NCBI RefSeq assembly: GCF_000015945.1
Contig: NC_009033.1
Coordinates: 330,001-362,000 of the forward strand
Direction of reading: 5' to 3'
DNA from: Staphylothermus marinus F1
GTDB taxonomy: Archaea; Thermoproteota; Thermoprotei_A; Sulfolobales; Desulfurococcaceae
Length of the DNA stretch: 32,000 bases
Shown: positions 1-7,612 of the stretch, in pieces
Layout of the letters: each line of letters opens with the position of its first letter
Position numbering within the stretch: the first letter of the stretch is position 1
The notes under the pieces: model-generated
Database searches by the model: none
What the model was told of the DNA's origin: nothing
The model's input: only the letters and a program-made list of their open reading frames with translations
Made by a program: the position numbers and the translations under genes

Positions 1-91
1 GGTATTGATGGGAGAATATCCACGAGATCCTGCCTGGAATAAGTGTTTTTTAGTGTAAGAGTGTTGAGGCTGATTATAGTGATAATCCTAG

Positions 92-271
92 AAACTACCA
101 TATCCTATTAAACTTAAACCTGACACGGTAATACTAGATACTACTCATGGAATAAACTATGTGCCAACACTAACCTATAGAACACTAGTTTCCGTTATAA
201 GAACATATATTCTACTCAGCAATGTTAAGGAGATCAAATTTTACATGGTCGATCCTGATCCTTATCCGTGA
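92..271 (+). pseudogene. Relic of a CRISPR-associated DxTHG-motif (Csx1/CARF-family) gene
   Basis: Frame-2 translation of 92-268 reads KLPYPIKLKPDTVILDTTHGINYVPTLTYRTLVSVIRTYILLSNVKEIKFYMVDPDPYP, followed by TGA at 269-271. It contains the D-x-T-H-G signature. Six stops lie in the same frame within 65-91 and there is no start codon. It sits at the leader-distal end of array 1. Confidence 0.35.
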
Positions 272-547
272 CTATTCATTAAAAGGGAAAGAGCTGATCC
301 TGATATCCCATGTTTAAGAATAAATCTTATTAGGAAAACACGTATCCACTACACGAAGCCTATCGGTATATTTTCGGAGAAGTTGGATGCTTATATGGTC
401 AATATGTGGTGGATAAAGATGTTGAGAAGACAATACTAAAATATGGTAATATTTATAGAAGCGTTAAAGAACTTTTTATAGCTATAATTATGGATTAATA
501 CTTCTATTACTATATTTACAGAGGGAGATCAGCATTCAAGAATACAG

Positions 548-1162
548 CTTTCAATTCTTTTAATGGTGTTACGGAATCATATAAATCAACTGTTTGCTGG
601 TCTAGACGTAGCTTTCAATTCTTTCTGTGTTGTTACCCAACTCTGCTACGTCCTAGCACTCTAACAGGTATCTTTGCTTTCAATTCTTTCTATGTTGTTA
701 CTCTCGGAATAAATCTTAAATATAGAACTTGGGGAACGAAACTTTCAATTCTTTCTATGTTGTTACATGGCTCTACTAATGCTATCAACATGGATAACGA
801 AGAATATTACTTTCAATTCTTTCTATGTTGTTACCCCGCCTCGAGTAACGGGGGGCAGACACGGGGCTTAGAGCTTTCAATTCTTTCTATGTTGTTACGT
901 ATATTTGTTCCCGATTTAAGACCGTTTATTATACAGTTACCTTTCAATTCTTTCTATGTTGTTACCAATGATTACCCAGAAAGAGATCGTTGAATATGTT
1001 AGGAACTTTCAATTCTTTCTATGTTGTTACTTAAGACATGGGAAAACCCAAATTTTAAACTGTAAATGTTCTTTCAATTCTTTCTATGTTGTTACTTGTC
1101 CGTGATATTTCTAATGGGTTTTCCATATAGTATTCTGCTTTCAATTCTTTCTATGTTGTTAC
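548..1162 (-). CRISPR. CRISPR array 1: 10 repeats, 9 spacers of 39-43 bp
   Basis: The 25-bp repeat CTTTCAATTCTTTCTATGTTGTTAC (+ strand) starts at 548, 612, 677, 742, 810, 874, 941, 1006, 1071 and 1138. The copies at 548 (3 mismatches) and 612 (1 mismatch) are degenerate, marking the distal end. The leader lies at the 1163 side, so transcription is on the - strand. In RNA sense the repeat is GTAACAACATAGAAAGAATTGAAAG and ends in the ATTGAAAG 8-nt tag. Confidence 0.97.
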
Positions 1163-1320
1163 ATTAGTTCGAATACGTGTTACATTTATCTTTTTTGTTC
1201 GAACCACTATATATTTCTTTCTATATTTAATTCCTAGATTGATCGTGTTCGACCAGTTTTCTATAGACTTAATAGTATCTTTAAGGTATTGACGGGTTTG
1301 TATAATGAAAAATATTCGAG
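1163..1320 (-). promoter_or_regulatory. CRISPR leader of array 1
   Basis: Nearly identical to 3484-3642 and, as reverse complement, to 6509-6666 and 20682-20839. AT-rich, with TATA-like tracts and repeated TTCGAA-core motifs. Confidence 0.85.
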
Positions 1321-1336
1321 TGATTTTCTTTTGGGT

Positions 1337-2311
1337 TTAGGTTGTTTTTATGCTTGGTTTGTGTAGTATTTGGTTTGTTTTTAGTAGGTATTTTGTGTTT
1401 GTGTTTGTTTCTTCTAGGAGTAGGTGTCCTGCGTAGTAGTCTTGTATTATTAGTTGTTTTCCTATTATTTGTTTTAGGTTTGTTTCTTTTGCTTTATGGT
1501 ATTCTGTTATTTCTGTGTTTGGTTCTATTCGGAATATTGTTGGTTGTTTTGTTTGTTTTATTCCTAGGATTCGCTGTGTTTTTGTAAGTGTTTTTTCTAG
1601 TTTTAACAGTACTGGTGGTATTGGTGTTTTTATTGTTTCTTTTAGTTTTCTATGTGGTTTTTCTGTTAGTCTTTCTAGTTTTCCGGCTTTGATCTCTATG
1701 TTTCTTGTTTCTACTGCGCTGTTAGATGTGTATAGTGTTGTTGCTACTATGTGTGGTTGTTCAGCTATTCTATCTAGTAGTCTCCATGTTCTTGTTGTTC
1801 CTACTTTGAATTTGTCTTTGTTGTAGGCTAGTAGGTAGACTGTATAGTTTATTTTATCTTTGTATTTCTCATCTAGTATCCAGCAGTTTCTCAAGCTTTC
1901 TAGTCCCGCTGTTGAGAAGCATTTGGAATATATTGCTCTAATACTATTCCTATGCTTCGAGCAGTATCCAAGCTCTGAAACCGCTTCTCTAACACAGTAT
2001 TCCCTCTCTAAAGGATTATCTTTCCTCTCCAATGGACCATTATGCCAGCGACAATACTCTACATAGTTCTCCACAAACATAATTTTCTCGCCGGGAACAA
2101 TTAAGTGTAGTATATGCGAACCCTCCTCCTGAGCAATTAAACCATAAAATACAAGCTTATACCTAACAAGCTCCCTACCCATCTCCAAACCCATAAACAT
2201 ATCCAACCCAGAAACTCTAACATACTCCTTAGAATAAAACCTCGTATCAAAATAGAAAAGCCTAGGTATCAAAACATATCCCTCCCCCCATAAATCCATA
2301 AATTTCCTCAC
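1337..2311 (-). CDS. Uncharacterised 324-aa protein located between two CRISPR arrays
   Basis: Only long ORF in the 1.2-kb interval between leader 1 and the distal end of array 2; GTG start. It has YC-x-x-H motifs (YCRWH, YCSKH) and a segment, YTVYLLAYNKDKFKVGTTRTWRLLDRIAEQ, that resembles GIY-YIG/T5orf172-like cores (weak, from memory). The C-terminal third is K/T/N/Q/P-rich low complexity caused by nucleotide skew. Confidence 0.6.
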   Translation of the reverse strand: MRKFMDLWGEGYVLIPRLFYFDTRFYSKEYVRVSGLDMFMGLEMGRELVRYKLVFYGLIAQEEGSHILHLIVPGEKIMFVENYVEYCRWHNGPLERKDNPLEREYCVREAVSELGYCSKHRNSIRAIYSKCFSTAGLESLRNCWILDEKYKDKINYTVYLLAYNKDKFKVGTTRTWRLLDRIAEQPHIVATTLYTSNSAVETRNIEIKAGKLERLTEKPHRKLKETIKTPIPPVLLKLEKTLTKTQRILGIKQTKQPTIFRIEPNTEITEYHKAKETNLKQIIGKQLIIQDYYAGHLLLEETNTNTKYLLKTNQILHKPSIKTT

Positions 2312-2545
2312 CTATATTAAGGAATAATAATTATACATTAAATATTTCAGAAAACACATCGCTTCACGAAGCTAATAATTCCATTAGAATCCGGGACACT
2401 ATTTTCCAATACAAAGAAACCATTGATCCTTTTCTTAATAGTTCCATATAATTGACCAGCCATTTACAGGATAAATATTTACCTTTCATATTCATTATTC
2501 GAATACCAACAAACTAGAAGAATATGATACGTATAAGAACTATCG

Positions 2546-3483
2546 CTTTCAATTCTTTCTATGTTGTTACCTATCACTTCTATTTTGATCTATGGGAGGA
2601 GAACCCGTTACTTTCAATTCTTTCTATGTTGTTACGAGAAAATACTGCGTGAACTCTCTAAGCATGATTGTCGAGCTTTCAATTCTTTCTATGTTGTTAC
2701 ATTGACTCCTAATTTGTTTCTGCAAAAACGTGATATGCTCTTTCAATTCTTTCTATGTTGTTACTTAGAGTTACCTAGGGAACAGGTTTACGACTTAGTA
2801 ACTCAATCTTTCAATTCTTTCTATGTTGTTACATACACCGATCGAAGTTATTGAAGAATACGAGAGGGAAATATCTTTCAATTCTTTCTATGTTGTTACA
2901 AATACACTTGTCCAATATGCGGTAAAGAGTTTAAGAGTGCTTTCAATTCTTTCTATGTTGTTACATGGATTGTAATAAAATACAGAGCCGATTGGAGCTG
3001 GAACTTTCAATTCTTTCTATGTTGTTACTAGGGGGCAAGATCAAGGTTAGCCTCAAGGCTATGGCTACCTTTCAATTCTTTCTATGTTGTTACTGTTGTG
3101 TTGTGGGTTGTTGTTGTGTTTTTTTGTGTGTCTCTTTCAATTCTTTCTATGTTGTTACTTAGAGTTACCTAGGGAACAGGTTTACGACTTAGTAACTCAA
3201 TCTTTCAATTCTTTCTATGTTGTTACCATTTGAAGTATTTCGGCTAGACGTTTCCAGCCCATGTATCTTTCAATTCTTTCTATGTTGTTACTAATATAAA
3301 TAAGAGTGAGGATAAGAAGCAAGAAAAAATACTTTCAATTCTTTCTATGTTGTTACACCATCTGGTGAACGGGCCATTGGTGCTGTATGGTATAGCTTTC
3401 AATTCTTTCTATGTTGTTACCAAGCCATTCAAGCCATTGAACTATTTTTTTATGCATACTTTCAATTCTTTCTATGTTGTTAC
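2546..3483 (-). CRISPR. CRISPR array 2: 15 repeats, 14 spacers
   Basis: Repeat CTTTCAATTCTTTCTATGTTGTTAC starts at 2546, 2611, 2676, 2740, 2808, 2875, 2940, 3004, 3069, 3134, 3202, 3267, 3332, 3396 and 3459. The leader follows at 3484. One 43-bp spacer occurs twice (2765-2807 and 3159-3201). Confidence 0.97.
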
Positions 3484-3642
3484 TTTGGTTCGAATATGTT
3501 GTTACATTTATCTTTTTTGTTCGAACCACTATATATTTCTTTCTATATTTAATTCCTAGATTGATCGTGTTCGACCAGTTTTCTATAGACTTAATAGTAT
3601 CTTTGAGGTATTGACGGGTTTGTATAATGAAAAACATTCGAC
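3484..3642 (-). promoter_or_regulatory. CRISPR leader of array 2
   Basis: Conserved leader copy. Its repeat-proximal end carries GTAACAACATA (RNA sense), an 11-nt copy of the repeat 5' end, directly before the first repeat. Confidence 0.85.
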
Positions 3643-3711
3643 TAGTTTCCATTAGTTTTATGGGTAAAGTTTCTATATTTTTCTATACTATTTTTTATTT
3701 GGTGGCTGGTT

Positions 3712-4737
3712 TTGGTGTTTTTGACTGATTGGGGTCACTTGGTTGTTGATGATTATGGTGTTTTTCTTCGTAAGAAGCATGGTAGGATTGTTGTTGTTTC
3801 TAGGGGTGGTAGGGAGGAGTTTCCTGTTAGGAGGGTTCGTGAGGTTATTATTTCTGGTAAGGCTGGTATTAGTACTGAGTTGTTGAAGCTTCTTGCTGAT
3901 TCGGGCATTGATGTTTTGGTAACTTCTTATACTGGTAGGCCTGTTGCATTATTTGTTCATGCTAGGAGTGGTGGTAGTGTTAGGAATAGGATTGAGCAGT
4001 ATAGGTCGTTGGAGGATGGAAGGGCTTGTAAAGCTGCAGCTATGATTATCTCTGGTAAGTTGAGTAACCAGGTTAGTAACTTGAAATACTATAGCAAGCC
4101 TAGGAAGAACATTTCTCAGGAATCTAAAATACTGTATGAGAAGGCTGAGGAGATTAAGAAACTTAGAGAAAAGCTTAGAGATATTGAGACAAGTGATCTC
4201 GGGAAGTGTAGGGAGAATATTATGAGTATTGAGGCTCAAGCAGCTAATACTTACTGGGATGGTATGAGAATTGTTCTGGGTAAATATGGGTTTAAGGAGA
4301 GAGTGAAGAGGGGGAGAGGAAAAGAGGTTGATCCCGTAAATCTATGTCTCAACATTATATATAATAAGCTCGCAGGTACTGTCTGGAAATACGTGTTGAG
4401 ATTCAGCCTAGATCCTTTTCAAGGCTTCCTACATGCTAGGAGGCCTGGTAAATTATCTCTTGTGTATGATTTAATGGAGCCTTTCAGACCTATTGCTGAT
4501 AGATTTATTGCTAGGTTCCTATATAGGCTTGATCAAGGATTTCTAAGGAGAGCTAGCGGAGCTGAATTAGCCAAGTTGTTGACTAAGAAATACTATGAGG
4601 AATTCACTAGGCAGAGAATAGAGTATAAAGCTAGGAAGATGACCATGGAAGCAGCTGTTTTCTGGTTTGTACAGGAAATAGTTAGATTCTTAAATAATAG
4701 AACATCATCTATACAACCACCATATATGCCTTGGTGA
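3712..4737 (+). CDS. cas1: Cas1 integrase
   Basis: 341 aa. The C-terminal region FQGFLHARRPGKLSLVYDLMEPFRP matches the Cas1 catalytic-core signature. It is followed by csa1, cas2 and cas4. TTG/GTG start. Confidence 0.93.
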   Translation: MVFLTDWGHLVVDDYGVFLRKKHGRIVVVSRGGREEFPVRRVREVIISGKAGISTELLKLLADSGIDVLVTSYTGRPVALFVHARSGGSVRNRIEQYRSLEDGRACKAAAMIISGKLSNQVSNLKYYSKPRKNISQESKILYEKAEEIKKLREKLRDIETSDLGKCRENIMSIEAQAANTYWDGMRIVLGKYGFKERVKRGRGKEVDPVNLCLNIIYNKLAGTVWKYVLRFSLDPFQGFLHARRPGKLSLVYDLMEPFRPIADRFIARFLYRLDQGFLRRASGAELAKLLTKKYYEEFTRQRIEYKARKMTMEAAVFWFVQEIVRFLNNRTSSIQPPYMPW

Positions 4738-4745
4738 CTTAGACA

Positions 4746-5678
4746 ATGTATTATTTAGATGAAATAGAATATAAGCTGTTAATACATGATCTCCTCCCTC
4801 GTACTAGAGAGAACCCAATAGATGATCGTTTACGGGGGTGGAACTGGCACCAACCCCCTGTTAGACCATATAGTTTCGAGCTACAACTACCCATATGGGA
4901 AATCGCTGGATCAATTTGTCCAACATATAGAGATGTATGGATTAGGAGAAAAGTTCTCAGGAAGAAATTGTTTACAACTAGTAAGCAAGCTGAGGGAGTA
5001 ATCATACATAAAATAGTATCACATGTATTCAAGGAGGCTAAGAAGCTGATTTATTCAGGTGACTATTCTGATCTAAAAAACGCGTTACTTCCCGGCGTTA
5101 AAGAGCTTGTTGATAACGAGGTAAAATACATTAGTGAACTAGTAGAGAATATTGATGCTAATAAGATAAAAGAGTTCGCATTACAAGTAGCTGATTGGGA
5201 AATGCTAAGGATCGAGGGCAGGATTAACACGGTTAAAGCTAAGTATCCATATATTGATGAAGAAGGACTTGTAAGTCTCGCGGTTCCTGTAAGTCTTGAA
5301 ATGCCTGTTGATGGGAGGCTTCTAGGTTTAAGCAGTATGTTAAGAGTGGATGCTTCATGGCTACCCGGTGGTTTAATATATGAGATCAAAACAGGGTATA
5401 GGGAGAAATGGCATAAACTACAAGTCGCAGGATACGCGTTAGCATTGGAGAGTATATATGAGAGACCAGTCGATATAGGAGTGGTGGTTTATGTTAATAG
5501 AGCTGTTGAGGGTATACGTGTGAATAGAGATATTTTTGTGGTAAGCGATGATTTAAGATCAAGGTTTCTGGAGAAGAGAGACGAGATACAAATGCTCCTA
5601 CTCAAAGGTGAGGAACCCAGAATACCTGATAAGTGCCCGCGTAAATGCTTGTTTAGAAATATATGTTTAGGAGAATGA
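4746..5678 (+). CDS. csa1: Csa1 (Cas4-like RecB-fold nuclease of type I-A adaptation modules)
   Basis: 310 aa. RecB-like motif LIYEIKTG plus a C-terminal Cys cluster, DKCPRKCLFRNIC. Lies between cas1 and cas2, as in crenarchaeal I-A cassettes. Confidence 0.75.
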   Translation: MYYLDEIEYKLLIHDLLPRTRENPIDDRLRGWNWHQPPVRPYSFELQLPIWEIAGSICPTYRDVWIRRKVLRKKLFTTSKQAEGVIIHKIVSHVFKEAKKLIYSGDYSDLKNALLPGVKELVDNEVKYISELVENIDANKIKEFALQVADWEMLRIEGRINTVKAKYPYIDEEGLVSLAVPVSLEMPVDGRLLGLSSMLRVDASWLPGGLIYEIKTGYREKWHKLQVAGYALALESIYERPVDIGVVVYVNRAVEGIRVNRDIFVVSDDLRSRFLEKRDEIQMLLLKGEEPRIPDKCPRKCLFRNICLGE

Positions 5679-5684
5679 TCCGGG

Positions 5685-5951
5685 TTGAAAACTCTCATAG
5701 TATATGATATATCGAGTACGAAACTACGCAGTAAAGTCGCGGAGATACTGAAGGATTGGGGATTAACACGTATTCAATTAAGCGCGTTTATCGGCGAGTT
5801 AACGCCTCAGGAAAGAAATGATCTAGCAGAATATTTGAAGAGACTGCCCTTATCGGAACGTGATAAAATAGATATTTTCCCAATATGTATTAAGGATCTA
5901 AAGCTACACATGAGAATAGTTAAGGGAAGTATCAAGCATGGAGAACCCTGA
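5685..5951 (+). CDS. cas2: Cas2
   Basis: 88 aa. The N-terminus KTLIVYDIS is typical of the Cas2 ferredoxin fold. TTG start. Overlaps cas4 by 14 nt. Confidence 0.9.
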   Translation: MKTLIVYDISSTKLRSKVAEILKDWGLTRIQLSAFIGELTPQERNDLAEYLKRLPLSERDKIDIFPICIKDLKLHMRIVKGSIKHGEP

Positions 5952-6501
5952 AAACAAGTTCACAGTTAGAATGGTTGAAGAATATATTTTCTGCCCACTA
6001 GTATTCTACTATAAATACGTTCTAGGAATAAAAAAGCCTCCAAGCCTATGGAGCAATTTAGGGCGCCAAGTAGAGGAGGAGTTATCGAGGTATGTTGAAG
6101 AACACTATAATGTTATTGGTAAACAAGTCTTTCTAGAATCGAAAAAATATAGTCTAGCAGGAATAGTAGACTACATAGTAAAATATAGAGGAACATATAC
6201 ACCACTAGAAATAAAGTATAGTAGAAAACTAAAACCCTGGTGGAAATATACATTAACAACATATGCACTCCTAGTAGAAGAAACCTACTATAAACCTGTA
6301 AAAAACGCAATCCTAATAATGCCAGGACCAAAAACAACAATAATCAATATTACAAGCAACGATAGAAACTACATAATAAAAACACTAGAAAACATGAAGA
6401 AAACACTCGAAGAACAAACAACACCAAAACCAACACCTTCAAAATCATGCATCAACTGCGACTACAAAAACATATGCCCATACCAAACAAAAAACCAATA
6501 G
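5938..6501 (+). CDS. cas4: Cas4 (RecB-family exonuclease with Fe-S cysteines)
   Basis: 187 aa. N-terminal Cys (YIFCPLVFYY), the D...EIKYS nuclease motif and C-terminal CINCDYKNIC. The stop lies 8 bp before leader 3. Confidence 0.9.
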   Translation: MENPENKFTVRMVEEYIFCPLVFYYKYVLGIKKPPSLWSNLGRQVEEELSRYVEEHYNVIGKQVFLESKKYSLAGIVDYIVKYRGTYTPLEIKYSRKLKPWWKYTLTTYALLVEETYYKPVKNAILIMPGPKTTIINITSNDRNYIIKTLENMKKTLEEQTTPKPTPSKSCINCDYKNICPYQTKNQ

Positions 6502-6508
6502 AAATGTG

Positions 6509-6666
6509 GTCGAATGTTTTTCATTATACAAACCCATCAATACCTCAAAGATACTATTAAGTCTATAGAAAACCAGTCGAACACGATCAATTAGGGATCA
6601 AATATAGAAAAACATATATAACAATTCGAACAGATTAAATAAATGTAACAACGTATTCGAACCAAA
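6509..6666 (+). promoter_or_regulatory. CRISPR leader of array 3
   Basis: Reverse complement of leaders 1 and 2 with scattered substitutions. TCGAAC motifs at 6577, 6626 and 6657, GTCGAAT at 6509, TATA-like CATATATAAC near 6625-6635, and the half-repeat GTAACAACGTA at 6645-6655. Confidence 0.85.
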
Positions 6667-7597
6667 GTAGCAACATAGAAAGAATTGAAAGCCTCATAAA
6701 AACAATGTCTTAAAAAACAATTATATTTAAGTAGCAACATAGAAAGAATTGAAAGCTCAGCAATCAGCTTATTATCTCTATAAACCCTGATATTGGTAGC
6801 AACATAGAAAGAATTGAAAGTTCTTTTCTTGAGGGCTTCTCTAAGGGTTTCGGCTACTATGTAGCAACATAGAAAGAATTGAAAGTAGGCGAGGACGACA
6901 TGGTTAGGTGGAGAGCGAGAACCCGTTGTAGCAACATAGAAAGAATTGAAAGTCCCCCGCCACACCACGCACACAAAACATGCATGCAAAAGTAGCAACA
7001 TAGAAAGAATTGAAAGTTGTAGAATAGCCTGGGCTACTGCCTCTACCTTCTCTTTAGTAGCAACATAGAAAGAATTGAAAGTTTATCCCCACAAACCTTA
7101 GCAGTATATCGTATAACTGGTAGCAACATAGAAAGAATTGAAAGCGGACTCGGTTTTGCCAGCGATATCGGGGTAGCGGATGTGTAGCAACATAGAAAGA
7201 ATTGAAAGGTCCATAAATTTGTGGAGCATACTCTACTAGCATTTCATGTAGCAACATAGAAAGAATTGAAAGAAGATTAATGGAATTGCAACGCTTATTA
7301 ATGCTATTATTAGGTAGCAACATAGAAAGAATTGAAAGCTGCCGTATCAAGCTTCGGCACAATTTTTGTCCTAAATATGTAGCAACATAGAAAGAATTGA
7401 AAGTTAGAGACCTATGCGTCCTAATAGAGGTATTGCTCTCCTAGGTAGCAACATAGAAAGAATTGAAAGATAGGAACCGCTCTGTGGCATGCGTTTATAG
7501 AAATTGGTAGCAACATAGAAAGAATTGAAAGAGAGATACAGCGAGATAGATTATACGCCGACAATTGACCAAGTAGCAACATAGAAAGAATTGAAAG
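6667..7597 (+). CRISPR. CRISPR array 3: 15 repeats, 14 spacers
   Basis: Repeat GTAGCAACATAGAAAGAATTGAAAG starts at 6667, 6731, 6796, 6861, 6928, 6992, 7057, 7120, 7184, 7248, 7314, 7379, 7445, 7507 and 7573. All 15 copies carry G at position 4; the other arrays carry A. Confidence 0.97.
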
Positions 7598-7612
7598 ATT
7601 ATTTGGGGTTCC

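Noticed and set aside
757-993. ORFs from the track lying inside the arrays (757-993, 2561-2854, 2965-3162, 3347-3559, 3353-3652, 6591-7001, 7054-7362, 20967-21164)
   Set aside because: Their peptides are periodic translations of the CRISPR repeat (FQFFLCCY, FNSFYVVT, LSILSMLL) joined by spacer-derived linkers. They are not genes.
1342-2066. Plus-strand ORFs 1342-1587, 1515-1826 and 1860-2066, rich in V/L/F/G/C
   Set aside because: They are antisense to the 324-aa ORF, and the first two are generated by the G/T-only composition, which has few stop codons. Their peptides are hydrophobic low complexity with no gene-like features.
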